From the sequence record NC_070952.1: a stretch of DNA of 64,000 nt. The stretch is one strand, 5' to 3'. Positions within the stretch are counted from its first letter, which is position 1. Each line of letters starts with the position of its first letter. This document shows, piece by piece, positions 10,601-20,160 of this stretch. A program made the position numbers and the translations under genes. The notes beneath the pieces are model-generated. The model ran no database searches and had not been told where the DNA came from. It saw only the letters and a list, made by a program, of their open reading frames with translations.

Positions 10601-11454
10601 TGACCCCCGGTAACGATAATAACATTGTTACTACACGTTTTACGATTGATGCCAATAACCGCTGGAGTATTATTTACGATGCTCAACTTCAGGTGCGTCA
10701 ACGTCATGTAGAAATACTTGATTTTGAATCTGAAGGCAACGGTAATATGGAAATGGTGTTTTTCAGCGGATTACAGATCTCGGTAATCGGTAACGCTATG
10801 AACCCGCGTATCATTTATAATAAACGTAACAATGTGGTTACCAGAGCGACTGCCGCTTGGCGAGAAGGAAACGCCTTCAACCTTGAGTATTCTTGGCAGT
10901 TGTTTGCCAATGCTCAATGGGGTTGGTTGGCGGGGGTAGCTGCAGAATTTTCAGGCGCAGCGATTGACTTGACAATGCCTTGGAATGGGAATGAGGATCT
11001 TTATCGTCCGAATGATCCAGGTGCGAACGTTGACAAGTTGATTATGTACGGTGCAACGTACGTTGAAGGTAACTGGTCCCTGTTTATTAACGCAGATATC
11101 GGTGTCACTTTCAATGGCCAGAACATCATCGCAAAAGCAACCAACTGGGATCTTCGGGATTTAACCGATATTTACCGGAGCCAGGAGTTCTACATCTATT
11201 GTGTTATGGATGGCTCGGTAGCGAAGTATGAAGTTACGAAGATATTACGTAACCATAATGCGACCCACTTCTTAGTTGGTATTGTGACCACCGATGACTT
11301 TGGTATTGTTACCATTGAACGTCGTCAAAGCTTTAGCATTGCAGGCTTCCCATTGACTCGTACGCGTGATATGGGGATCCCAGTCTCTACCGGTGCAATT
11401 ACAGAACAGGGTACTTATAAGTTCCTGAACCGTAGTGAGCTTTACGATAATTAA
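7639..11454 (+). CDS. Tail fibre/baseplate protein, paralog of 3890 (1271 aa)
   Basis: Same N-terminal domain, NPHGV motif, PPPITGSFEGLGG and C-terminal domain as 3890. Confidence 0.7.
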   Translation: MKDIQLIDIDYSGKNTEYKKEDTVDLSKISSPWIVPEEGPFYKDSLRVIKGGLDIDSDKFKAVSDVTDLTKLTGRGVCLYVELADDILASKGEVTVIYQKVGKPVISVKTLLQMLEDMVIDGKPVDWDTQVGNKPGSVWPALHSHDIQNPNELVGFGGLVELFTLFTNTQITDSGKAVEILEKVQTEMYTRLDYIQKLKWGAIMDHVRNYNNPHGVVPADVDADKLSNFFLATPQQDAEGLRSDLYSTPLGLDRLISETQPVTENFIVQAELPFGYYGSGIYLPPPITGSFEGLGGDSENSAFNLEGNGWLVCLFRAFDGRVKNLYYAYKTDFTDRDGTRTPWLDTYVQYQHPTIAAANKTANITIDGSDGNVLMLGDQPDPKGNITGNGNWWICAANSTFDPNSHTLKPVTIQPVLDRCMAVAGVTARPSCFKISKVGDWVYLFATLSSFTGDDSWPASNPSWRSDNWQTLMFRFPYKDLLDDTKTSISFTSVNVTYDTLWRERKTGKPNFIPQRVVFSDIANGLATEFVNKTSKPIDNQSYLNRKKSWIIVANPNNPAQARLKLMMSPFCSYTDPATKGQRAFQGNIVATYDWDVVNNVLTLSSNFSMPTLNMDSGGYVSPTQQQLDYAINDKLANFVIGYVDVNGSWIPGYGYMVMNSAQTGSPPYTFRANQFNRDGDISKDYASMVLPNTWTTDNGIPSVWAQQFKMRSPFGVAGFPRMFSDLYALTTGVRTVPIEVFRATNENQTEQMFYRITEGGTDDGYDKRDALQSDFISFPIYGRKTNSNFGTVQGLTADIGYANRPKRKNATSRQVGMFSWYRQGIDKNPGAAFNYSQTTTTGATVVTNSPQSDGSLVINLDLDYSLDTLAKVLTAKANPAKQVRIPRSVYVDMVMNALGVHANSLIDLCVDFFIGQVPGSGGDQVYSFWSATYHLTGSPASGRMIIGQFTWDVASTGADGIRVLKVVGLNYPFKSAGNYSPSPANNLTPGNDNNIVTTRFTIDANNRWSIIYDAQLQVRQRHVEILDFESEGNGNMEMVFFSGLQISVIGNAMNPRIIYNKRNNVVTRATAAWREGNAFNLEYSWQLFANAQWGWLAGVAAEFSGAAIDLTMPWNGNEDLYRPNDPGANVDKLIMYGATYVEGNWSLFINADIGVTFNGQNIIAKATNWDLRDLTDIYRSQEFYIYCVMDGSVAKYEVTKILRNHNATHFLVGIVTTDDFGIVTIERRQSFSIAGFPLTRTRDMGIPVSTGAITEQGTYKFLNRSELYDN

Positions 11455-11458
11455 TAAA

Positions 11459-11481
11459 GAAGGGGAGAATTTCTCCCCTTC
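11459..11481 (+). terminator. Stem-loop, putative terminator
   Basis: gaaggggagaa-t-ttctccccttc. Confidence 0.55.
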
Positions 11482-11498
11482 ACTTTCAGGAGTAGTTC

Positions 11499-14400
11499 AT
11501 GTATGTAGATCCGAGTATCCCCTTACCGAATCCGGATGAACGAGAGGATTACCTGGGTTCTGTATTGAACGCGATGATCGGCATTCATAATGCTCGAATT
11601 AATAATCGTGGTGAGATCACAGAAATACAGGATAAAGCTGATACCGCTGTCACTAACATTACTGAGATGTTGGATAAGTACATCACAGATATGGACAGTG
11701 CATTGCTTGCCCACACCAGTCAAAAAGGTGCGATTCACGGGGAAACCAAAAAGACCGTTGGATTAGACCTGGTTGATAACTGGCGAATGGGGACACTGGC
11801 TGAACATGTTGCGGGAACCTTGCAGGATGTGTATGCTAACCCAGCCGGTTTACGGGCATTGGTTGAAGCGCGTTTAACGATTGACCCAAGTAAATATGTC
11901 AGGGGTCGATTGATTCCTGTTGCATCCGGTGGTGCCTTAGGTGCTATTCCGCAATGGCCGTTTGACTGGCGTGAAGGTGAAGTAATCCAATCCTTCAAAG
12001 ACCCTCTTTATTACCTGAGTGAAACCCCGTGGCAGTTCCGGTCAGACAGTGGAACTTTTATCCTTCCTTCTATGAACGGAAGCGATGTGTTGACCCAGGT
12101 TACCGCAGATCCCGGCCGGGCTAAACGTGCTACCACTCAGCTCGGTGGAACCAACGTTCGTATCTACAATAAGAACCTGGATGTGCGTCGCTCTCGACCG
12201 TCGCATCTTCGTGGGGAAAGTAACTTCGAACCGAATAACGTTTTGGTGAAAGGTTCTTCCCATATGTTTGATAAACACTCCGTCGGTTACGTTGAAAGTA
12301 ACATGGTGGGTGTGCGTGGATACAACCGTTACCGTTTACCGTTTGATGTTCTCTCCAATAGCGGAGCCTGGACGAATAACTGGAACGGCATCATCGAAGC
12401 CCGTGAGAAGTACGTTTACAATATCATCACCACAGGAGTCTATGACGACTTAGAAGGAACGGGTAAGGATTTGTACCTGTTAATCGAGTTAGGCGTTTAT
12501 AGCTTCACTGAGAACGGTATTGATGCCAAGAATGGCCCAGGTAATCGTGCAGAGACCACCGCGGTCATTAAAGACATTTATAGTACTTTAAACTTCACGG
12601 TTTCCGGTGACAATAAAGTCAAGATCTTAAAGCGTGCCGGTAAACCTGATGCAATCTGTATTAAGCTGAGAGACATTCTTAACTATACCGATGCGCAACT
12701 TCCTGATCTGGTTGATGGGTTTAATGGTGATCGGGTTAGCAAAGTGGCTTTCGCTTGGCGTAACCGATTGAAAGGTGATTTCGCTTTACGTGTTGGTTTG
12801 GGGTTCTGGACTAAAGACCGGAGTTATTACAACAACTACTACATGGATCTTTCATTTGTAGTGGCTGAAAATGACACTGCCAAATCGGCCAACATCAATG
12901 TCACCACCCTGCGTGATTTAACAGCGAACATTCAAACTCTGAATAACAATTTGGAGATTGATAAAGTCGGGCGCTTTGTTCGTTACGGTGGAACGGTTAA
13001 GAACAACATCTTCCACCCGGTTGTGTTTGATGGGATCTTTGATGCCCAGGGCGGACACGTTAAAACGTATACCTTCTATAACCGTCAATATGTCGGCTAT
13101 TATCAGCACAATGTTACCAGCGTTGAAAACTGGTTGGCTAACGGCGACGTCATCGAACCGGTGTTGGTGAAATACCAGTACGCTCAAATGTCCAACCTGA
13201 ATCAGGATGGGATGTACGGTGATCACCTGCGTCATATTCCGTTGAACGTTATTGGTAACCGCATCGATTACCTGACTCTCTCCCGCGACTGGACTCACAA
13301 CTACCGTTGGGCTGTGGCAAAAGTCGAGTTAGACGATGCACCAGAACTCCTCACCCCAACCGGTCACCATCACGGTCCGTGGCGTGAAGGAACAACCTGG
13401 ATTGAAGACACCACTGTTAACGTCCCGTCTTTTGTTATCGGCAATGATCCAACAGCGGCTAACTTTGAAAACAGCTGCTTGGTCTTTAACAACCAGAACG
13501 GTTTCAAAGGGTACGGACGTTACGCCTACGATGTGACCAACTCGCAAACACCATTACAGTTCCTGGACCCAACCTTGCTGGATCAGACGATCACGGCGTA
13601 CGTGGCCCAGAACGGTGGCGGATGGGTACAGAACCATCGGCAGTTCTTCTATTTCAAAGGTATTGTGTTCTGGGTTTCTCAGACCGTTTCTGCCAAAGAG
13701 ATTAAGAGCGATGGAACGGATGCGTATTACGGTTACATCAAAAACGCCTACATTGACGTGCAAGGTGATGTTCGTACGGTCAAGATCAACGGCGCCGTAG
13801 CTGACAGTGCTGCTGCGTTCCCCATGAAGGTGAACAAAGCTGCAAGCTTGAATGTCAGTAACCTCAACATCGTGGGTTGGGATGAGTTTAAAGCGACCGA
13901 TGTGTACCTCATGGTTGTGAACAAATCAGGCACAAAGAACAGTTATCAAGCAATGCTGAACTTGGCACCGTTTAATAACTTCTATTTTGAATTTGATTTG
14001 AGTATTGACTCATCAACCGGTACCGTGACGTTTAACCCAAAAACCGATGCAGTGAATCCGGTGTTCCCTTATTCAGTTGCTAATGGCTACGGGGTTGATT
14101 ACGACCTGTTAACCATGTACGGGACCAAAACCCCTCAGCAGTTCCATATCAACTATCAGACCCCTGTGATGTTGAAGAAGTCCATGTGGAGTTTCCGTAA
14201 GACCCCAGGTGAGTATGCAATTTATACTCAGGCGGTTGGTACGGTAATCGTGCATGGTGGACTGATGAACAGCATTGAAGGTGCGCCACTGTATCCGGTG
14301 GGTTCTGTCATTACTGCAGGCGGGTCTAACGTTTATGTGAAAGCCCCTATCAGTGCCAATACCAATGACTTCCAAGGTAATGATGAACTCTTCATCAAAC

Positions 14401-16595
14401 TGTACGAGTCAACAGCAGCCGGCGGAAGCACTATGTCAGATGGTGCGGTGTTGTACGGGAAGAACTATAACCCTGCAGGTTATGAAACTGAACCGAACTC
14501 CGGTGTGGTACCGTGTGGCTTCTTGAAGGATCAGATCTTTTCCCATTATGATCCCGTCGGTTGGCGTAATGACTTGTTGCCAGTGGTTGATGGTAAGCGC
14601 ATGAACTTCTATGGGTACGGTTCGTCCTTCCCAGCGTTCATGGGAGTATACGGTTCAGGGTTACCGGTTAACCGATTCTTCTTAACGGCGAAACCAACCA
14701 TCGTATCCTGGGACACAGCGCAAAGTCGTTCAGTACCCATTGGGCCAGGGACTAACGTCGTTATTACCATTAACGGTGCAACTCAGACCTATACGGGTAG
14801 CGGTACATTTACAATCCCGACTTCTTTCACGGGAATTGTTGATGTTTCCATTTCCGGTATGACGGCATTGAAGTGGGGGACTGGCTTAACCACACTGAAG
14901 CAGATTGGTACCAGTGTAGTTACCATGGACTTCTCTGGTTCAGCAGGGTTCACGATCTCCTCAGCGCTTCCTAGTCGCTTTACGTCTCTGGCCAGTATGT
15001 TTGCTAACTCAACAGCAACAACCTACCCAGGATTGGATACGTGGGACGTCAGTAGCGTTACGGACATGACGGGAATCTTTAAAGGCGGTGTTAACTTTAA
15101 CCAAAACTTAAGCGCATGGAAAACGACCTCGGTTGCTAGCCTTCAAGATGCGTTTAATGGATGTGTTAAATATAACCAGCCAATGGGAACCTGGAAGACC
15201 ACAACCTGTCGCAGCATGAAGAACATGTTCTACGGTTGTTCGGTGTTCAACCAAGACCTCAGTCCATGGGATACCATCCGTGTTACCGATTTCTCCCAGA
15301 TGTTTATGAACGCAACGGCGTTTAATGGGAACATCAGTAAGTGGAACACCATCTCAGGAAATAACTTCACGTCGATGTTTGAAAATGCTACGGCATTTAA
15401 TATTGACATCAGTACGTGGGTGATGACCGGTGCGCAGTATTTGAAACGCATGTTTGCGAATGCAGTGGCGTTTAATGCAAACCTGGCAGCCTGGGACGTT
15501 TCCGGTGTCACTGACATGTCCGGTACTTTCTCAGGTGCAGTGAAGTTTGCTCGCAACTTGAGTGCCTGGTCTGTGGGTAATGTAACCACCATGTTCGAGA
15601 TGTTCTACAAGACCACTCTGTTCGGTGCTGACGGAACGGCTCCTCTGAGCAACTGGGATACCAGCAAAGTCACCGACATGACTCGCATGTTCAGTCTGTC
15701 AGGTTACAACGCACCGTTGGATGGTTGGAGCTTCGGACCTCAAGCAATACTCACCAGTATGTTTGAATCGTCCATTAACTTCAATCAGGACGTAAGTAGC
15801 TGGGAAGGTAGTAACATCATGTTGGCAGACAGAATGTTTGCAAATACAACGGCATTCCAGATTGATCTGAATAATGTTGCGTTTGATAAATGTACCTCGT
15901 TTGAAAACATGTTCTTGAACTCGACCTTTAACGGTTCCGTTTCTAATTGGACCTTCAGTGATATTGTTGGTATCTCGATGAACTCCATGTTCGAGAACGC
16001 CACCTTCTTCACCGGTAAAGGAATCGATACCTGGAATGTTAGCACGGTTAGTAATTTCGGGGATATGTTCTACTCCGCAACGAACTTCAATGCCAACATC
16101 GGTGGTTGGAATGTTTCCTTTGGTACTAACTTCCGCAACATGTTCAGAGCGACCAAACTGTTCAACCGGGATATCTCTTCGTGGGATATGTCAATGGCGA
16201 TTGATCTCTCAGATATGTTCCGTGAAGCCAAAGCCTTTAACCAACCTATCGGTTCTTGGGATGTTGGTAGTGTTCAACAGTTCCATGGGATGTTCTGCTA
16301 TAACACGATCTTTAACCAAGACCTCAGTACTTGGGATACAGGATCAGGTCTTGACTTCAACCGTATGTTTGCGGGCGGTGTTGAGAATGGTGTCAACTTG
16401 GGTAACAGTGTGTTCAACCAAGATATCGGTAACTGGAATGTGGGCAAGTCAACTATCCTTAATGGCATGTTCATTAACAGTCCGGTGTTCAACCAGGATC
16501 TTTCTCGTTGGGTTGTTACTCAGAAACCTACCCATGACGGGTTCTCTGATAACGCCACAGTGTGGACCAAGCCAAAACCAAACTTCCTTAACTAA
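11499..16595 (+). CDS. Tail fibre protein with C-terminal DUF285/BspA-type repeat domain (1698 aa)
   Basis: IHGETKKTVGLDLVDN fibre motif and family C-domain, followed by about 19-20 W.VS.VT.M..MF....FN..L repeats. Confidence 0.75.
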   Translation: MYVDPSIPLPNPDEREDYLGSVLNAMIGIHNARINNRGEITEIQDKADTAVTNITEMLDKYITDMDSALLAHTSQKGAIHGETKKTVGLDLVDNWRMGTLAEHVAGTLQDVYANPAGLRALVEARLTIDPSKYVRGRLIPVASGGALGAIPQWPFDWREGEVIQSFKDPLYYLSETPWQFRSDSGTFILPSMNGSDVLTQVTADPGRAKRATTQLGGTNVRIYNKNLDVRRSRPSHLRGESNFEPNNVLVKGSSHMFDKHSVGYVESNMVGVRGYNRYRLPFDVLSNSGAWTNNWNGIIEAREKYVYNIITTGVYDDLEGTGKDLYLLIELGVYSFTENGIDAKNGPGNRAETTAVIKDIYSTLNFTVSGDNKVKILKRAGKPDAICIKLRDILNYTDAQLPDLVDGFNGDRVSKVAFAWRNRLKGDFALRVGLGFWTKDRSYYNNYYMDLSFVVAENDTAKSANINVTTLRDLTANIQTLNNNLEIDKVGRFVRYGGTVKNNIFHPVVFDGIFDAQGGHVKTYTFYNRQYVGYYQHNVTSVENWLANGDVIEPVLVKYQYAQMSNLNQDGMYGDHLRHIPLNVIGNRIDYLTLSRDWTHNYRWAVAKVELDDAPELLTPTGHHHGPWREGTTWIEDTTVNVPSFVIGNDPTAANFENSCLVFNNQNGFKGYGRYAYDVTNSQTPLQFLDPTLLDQTITAYVAQNGGGWVQNHRQFFYFKGIVFWVSQTVSAKEIKSDGTDAYYGYIKNAYIDVQGDVRTVKINGAVADSAAAFPMKVNKAASLNVSNLNIVGWDEFKATDVYLMVVNKSGTKNSYQAMLNLAPFNNFYFEFDLSIDSSTGTVTFNPKTDAVNPVFPYSVANGYGVDYDLLTMYGTKTPQQFHINYQTPVMLKKSMWSFRKTPGEYAIYTQAVGTVIVHGGLMNSIEGAPLYPVGSVITAGGSNVYVKAPISANTNDFQGNDELFIKLYESTAAGGSTMSDGAVLYGKNYNPAGYETEPNSGVVPCGFLKDQIFSHYDPVGWRNDLLPVVDGKRMNFYGYGSSFPAFMGVYGSGLPVNRFFLTAKPTIVSWDTAQSRSVPIGPGTNVVITINGATQTYTGSGTFTIPTSFTGIVDVSISGMTALKWGTGLTTLKQIGTSVVTMDFSGSAGFTISSALPSRFTSLASMFANSTATTYPGLDTWDVSSVTDMTGIFKGGVNFNQNLSAWKTTSVASLQDAFNGCVKYNQPMGTWKTTTCRSMKNMFYGCSVFNQDLSPWDTIRVTDFSQMFMNATAFNGNISKWNTISGNNFTSMFENATAFNIDISTWVMTGAQYLKRMFANAVAFNANLAAWDVSGVTDMSGTFSGAVKFARNLSAWSVGNVTTMFEMFYKTTLFGADGTAPLSNWDTSKVTDMTRMFSLSGYNAPLDGWSFGPQAILTSMFESSINFNQDVSSWEGSNIMLADRMFANTTAFQIDLNNVAFDKCTSFENMFLNSTFNGSVSNWTFSDIVGISMNSMFENATFFTGKGIDTWNVSTVSNFGDMFYSATNFNANIGGWNVSFGTNFRNMFRATKLFNRDISSWDMSMAIDLSDMFREAKAFNQPIGSWDVGSVQQFHGMFCYNTIFNQDLSTWDTGSGLDFNRMFAGGVENGVNLGNSVFNQDIGNWNVGKSTILNGMFINSPVFNQDLSRWVVTQKPTHDGFSDNATVWTKPKPNFLN
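15027..16520 (+). repeat. Tandem ~25-aa DUF285/BspA-like protein repeats
   Basis: About 19-20 units counted by eye, e.g. WDVSSVTDMTGIF, WDVSGVTDMSGTF, WDTSKVTDMTRMF, WNVSTVSNFGDMF. Confidence 0.85.
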
Positions 16596-16603
16596 GTCAT
16601 ACT

Positions 16604-16633
16604 CTCCTACTTCCCCAGTTGGGGAAGTAGGAG
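16604..16633. terminator. Bidirectional terminator between convergent genes
   Basis: 14-bp stem ctcctacttcccca/tggggaagtaggag. Confidence 0.75.
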
Positions 16634-16642
16634 TTATGTTTG

Positions 16643-17605
16643 TTATCCAGCTAATCCATCCGTCTCGGATCCACCTTTCTGAACACCTTTGTGAACGTGT
16701 CCAATATAGGTAACATTATCAATGGTCCAGCCACCACTCACAGTACCTGCACCACCAGATTGACTGAAACTACCCTTAATAGTGGTGTTACCAGTCTGAT
16801 CGTAGTTACCTTCATGCGTCACGTTACCTTTCAAATTAAAGGTAGGTGAATCCCACGTCGTGGCTTGGGTGGCAACATTAATGGAGTTACCTGCCTTGAT
16901 GACCATGTCTTTACACTGCATCAATATCTTATCTGTGGCTTTCATGATCAACGTGTCTTCACAAGACATCGTGATATTTTTCTTTTCGAAATTAAAGAAA
17001 GTCTTTTCAGCATTGATATACGAGAAAGCATGTGCCATCGAGTTTAATGACACCACGTTCTCCTCACCATCCACAATACTAAACTGTCCGGTACCTGTAT
17101 TCAGTTCCATCACATAGCTGGTCGGTTCACCGTTACCCTGACCTGTAATGAGCTGGATTTTCTTTTGGTGGGTACTGAGTAACATCATGTAATAGTTATC
17201 GGAATTCACCGGGCTATTTTCATTGACATTAGGGGAAGATGAGAAGGCCCAGATTATCGTTTCCAGACGAAGTGTTCCGTCCATCCCAAAGTACGTCCAA
17301 CGGAAAGTGTTCTGTCCCTGGAACTTGTAAATGACTACTTTACTCCCCACACGCACATCGGGTGCTGTAACCCGGTTTGTGTTTACCCCCATCCATTTTG
17401 CAGAGATGGTGTTCGTCTGTAAAGTTGTACTGGAGTTTGTATCTCCTGTGGGAGTTTGTGTAGTTACATTTTTAGTCTCTGCAGTGGTTTCAACCGCACC
17501 ATCTGTTTCTGGAAACAGAGACTTAATGTGTACCTGTATTTCATCGGTATTGGTGTCTTTGTCCATAGCGACCGTACCAACACCGTAGCACTCAAGAATA
17601 TTCAT
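16643..17605 (-). CDS. Baseplate central spike (P2 gpV / phi92 gp138-like)
   Basis: OB-like N-terminus, beta-helical repeats and a C-terminal GHVHKGV apex with the HxH metal-binding motif. Confidence 0.7.
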   Translation of the reverse strand: MNILECYGVGTVAMDKDTNTDEIQVHIKSLFPETDGAVETTAETKNVTTQTPTGDTNSSTTLQTNTISAKWMGVNTNRVTAPDVRVGSKVVIYKFQGQNTFRWTYFGMDGTLRLETIIWAFSSSPNVNENSPVNSDNYYMMLLSTHQKKIQLITGQGNGEPTSYVMELNTGTGQFSIVDGEENVVSLNSMAHAFSYINAEKTFFNFEKKNITMSCEDTLIMKATDKILMQCKDMVIKAGNSINVATQATTWDSPTFNLKGNVTHEGNYDQTGNTTIKGSFSQSGGAGTVSGGWTIDNVTYIGHVHKGVQKGGSETDGLAG

Positions 17606-17625
17606 ATTAGACCTTTGAGGGTATT

Positions 17626-20115
17626 ATGATAACCAAATTGATTCTAAAGAATTATACCCCGTTGTTTAAAAAGAATGTAACATTCGTCGAATTGAACACG
17701 AAGAATATGTTTAACATCATTCTGGGGCGTAATGGATTCGGCAAGACTTCTCTTTTAAAAGAGCTTACACCATTCCCGCCTGACAACGCGGATTATGAAC
17801 CGGGTGGATATAAAGAAGTTCATATCGTTTTAGGGAAAGATACGTATATCCTCAAATCATCCACGGGGAAATCATCAGAACACCATTTCATTCATAACAA
17901 TAAAAACTTGAATGACGGGAATACACTTCTGGTGCAACGTGAATTAGTGAAGATGCATTTTGGCATTACTCAAAACATCAAGAACTTTATCACCGGGCTA
18001 GATGTAAGGGATCTTTTTACCACATTGTCATCAGCGCGCCGCAAAGACCTCCTGATGGCGATTAACCCTAATGACACCACTTATGCGCTTAAGATGTTTG
18101 ACAAGCTTAAATCAAACCACAATGCGCTTAAAGGTGGGTTAAAGACCCAGCGTCACCGTTTAGTGGTTGAAGAAGGACGATTAGCGCAACTGGCTGCATT
18201 GGATTCAGAGAAACTGCAAGACGAGATCCGAGTGCTAGACAGTCAAATCAAGAACGCGTTAATCATTCATGGTGAGTTACAACACATCAATCATGAAAGC
18301 ATTAATCCGCTTAAAGAAGAGATTGGGAATATCACGTCTTTCTTGATGGGTAATAACACCGTGGTGAAAGACCCTATGTCTGTGTTGCTGCAGCGTAAGG
18401 AAAGTCTGAACGGTAACCTGGATTATTACAAAGGTCGGGAGATTCGTTTCTCTACTATGTTAACCGAGTTTGCTACTCAGTTGGCAGGTCTTGATAATGC
18501 GGGTGCTAATCTTGACAGTTATAAGCATCGCCTTTCTAACATATTAACTCAGCGTGAAGAAGCTCAAGTGCGGTTTGACTATCTGACCTCTCGCTTTGCT
18601 GAACACAGTGAGTTTGTTCCTCAACCTACCGATGAACGGGATTTCGATCACTTCGTTAAACGTGGTGACAGTTTCATTTATCAGATTCGCTCAATAAACC
18701 GAGCCATCGATATGGACATCACCTCCGGCAAGTTTAAAGACATCCAACAGCGGTTAACTACTGCCACTCATGAGTCGGATAACTTAAAGCGCAAGATGAA
18801 CGAGATCAACCACACTCTTGATCATTATGAACGCGCTGAATCGCTTGACTGTCCAAAATGTGAACATCGGTTTAAACCTGGCTTTACCGAGGTGAATCCT
18901 GAGGCACTGAAGAAACAGTTAGCGGGAATGCTTGACCAACGTGCGGTGCTGCAGACGCAGATTCAAAAATACACGGGCTATATCGAGGACAACCAAGGTT
19001 GGTATGACACGATGATGGATATGTTACGTTTCTCTCAAGGTTCAGAGATTCCACATATCTATAGCGCACTGATCCGTAACTACGGCATCGGTAAACGTGA
19101 CACCAACGTGTTAATCAGTCTGGTTGAGAATTCTATCGAGTATAACACCGTCAAAGAAATGATTCTTACTTTGGACCAAGAGAAGGACTCTGTTGAGAAA
19201 CAGATTAAGTTCTTGGAAAGTTCGGATGTGGAAACACTCTTTAAACGAGCAGAATGGGTTGAACGTGAACTGGCCAGCACCCAACGGTCAATTCGTCGTG
19301 TGCTCAGTAAGCTTGATGTGGTCCGTACTCAACTGGAATACATTAATGAAGATATCCAACGTCGTGATCGACTCGGCTTCCTCATGGATGAACTCACTGA
19401 GCGCCTGCACAAGAACGGACAGTTTAAAATCAAGTTACGGGTGGAAGAAGTCATTAACGATTTAACTCCCCGTAAAGAACAGCTGATTTCCAATCTGATT
19501 CGAGCAGAGTCATTGCATTCTGTTATCCAGTCAATAAAAGATAACGTTCTCGATTTAGAACGTCGTGAGAAACATACTCAACTTTTATTGGATGGATTGT
19601 CACCGGTTAAAGGGTTGATCGGATATCTAATGAACGATTTCTTGAAATCAGTTGTGGCGAATGTGAATGCCATCATTCAGCCGATTTGGACTAACCGATT
19701 GTCTGTATTAAGTTGTTCAACTTCGAAGTCAGAAGAAGATGTGGAATTGAGCTATAACTTCCCATTGGTGTCTGGTAGTGAGAACAAAGCCAGTAAAGAT
19801 ATTGGTGACGGGTCTGGTGGTGAGCGAGAGATCATTAACTTTGCTTTCCGTTTGGTCTTGCGTCGTTATCTTGGTGAGCGTTGTCCGGTACCATTAATGA
19901 TGGATGAAGTAGGGGTTGCTTTTGATGAACTCCATCGTGGTCGTTTCTTTGCGTATATCGCTGAACAGACTCGACTTGATAAGCTGCCACAAACTTTCAT
20001 GATCAGCCATAACTACAAAGAGTATGCGGGTAACTTCTCAGCCAATATCATCGCGCTGAACACAGAAGGGATCCGAGTAGGTTTTGCTGTTAATGAACAC
20101 AGCGTAATTCGTTAA
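17626..20115 (+). CDS. SbcC/Rad50-like SMC ATPase (recombination nuclease subunit)
   Basis: Walker A GRNGFGKTS, coiled coils, zinc hook CPKC, signature SGGE, Walker B MMDE, H-loop ISH. Confidence 0.9.
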   Translation: MITKLILKNYTPLFKKNVTFVELNTKNMFNIILGRNGFGKTSLLKELTPFPPDNADYEPGGYKEVHIVLGKDTYILKSSTGKSSEHHFIHNNKNLNDGNTLLVQRELVKMHFGITQNIKNFITGLDVRDLFTTLSSARRKDLLMAINPNDTTYALKMFDKLKSNHNALKGGLKTQRHRLVVEEGRLAQLAALDSEKLQDEIRVLDSQIKNALIIHGELQHINHESINPLKEEIGNITSFLMGNNTVVKDPMSVLLQRKESLNGNLDYYKGREIRFSTMLTEFATQLAGLDNAGANLDSYKHRLSNILTQREEAQVRFDYLTSRFAEHSEFVPQPTDERDFDHFVKRGDSFIYQIRSINRAIDMDITSGKFKDIQQRLTTATHESDNLKRKMNEINHTLDHYERAESLDCPKCEHRFKPGFTEVNPEALKKQLAGMLDQRAVLQTQIQKYTGYIEDNQGWYDTMMDMLRFSQGSEIPHIYSALIRNYGIGKRDTNVLISLVENSIEYNTVKEMILTLDQEKDSVEKQIKFLESSDVETLFKRAEWVERELASTQRSIRRVLSKLDVVRTQLEYINEDIQRRDRLGFLMDELTERLHKNGQFKIKLRVEEVINDLTPRKEQLISNLIRAESLHSVIQSIKDNVLDLERREKHTQLLLDGLSPVKGLIGYLMNDFLKSVVANVNAIIQPIWTNRLSVLSCSTSKSEEDVELSYNFPLVSGSENKASKDIGDGSGGEREIINFAFRLVLRRYLGERCPVPLMMDEVGVAFDELHRGRFFAYIAEQTRLDKLPQTFMISHNYKEYAGNFSANIIALNTEGIRVGFAVNEHSVIR

Positions 20116-20118
20116 TTT

Positions 20119-20136
20119 AGGGGAGAGTTCTCCCCT
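20119..20136 (+). terminator. Stem-loop, putative terminator
   Basis: aggggaga-gt-tctcccct followed by cttt. Confidence 0.5.
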
Positions 20137-20160
20137 CTTTACTCATATATAGGAAGTACA

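Noticed and set aside
3548-16492. Numerous 60-184-aa antisense or alternative-frame ORFs within the tail genes
   Set aside because: Fully nested in long coding genes with atypical composition; expected by-products of codon bias.
15027-16520. DGR variable/template repeats or an invertible tail-fibre cassette
   Set aside because: Only short codon-level similarities between repeats; no long near-identical repeat pair, reverse transcriptase or invertase in the window.
16036-16713. 225-aa alternative-frame ORF over the DUF285 region
   Set aside because: Shadow ORF inside a well-supported gene, with no RBS or recognisable motif.
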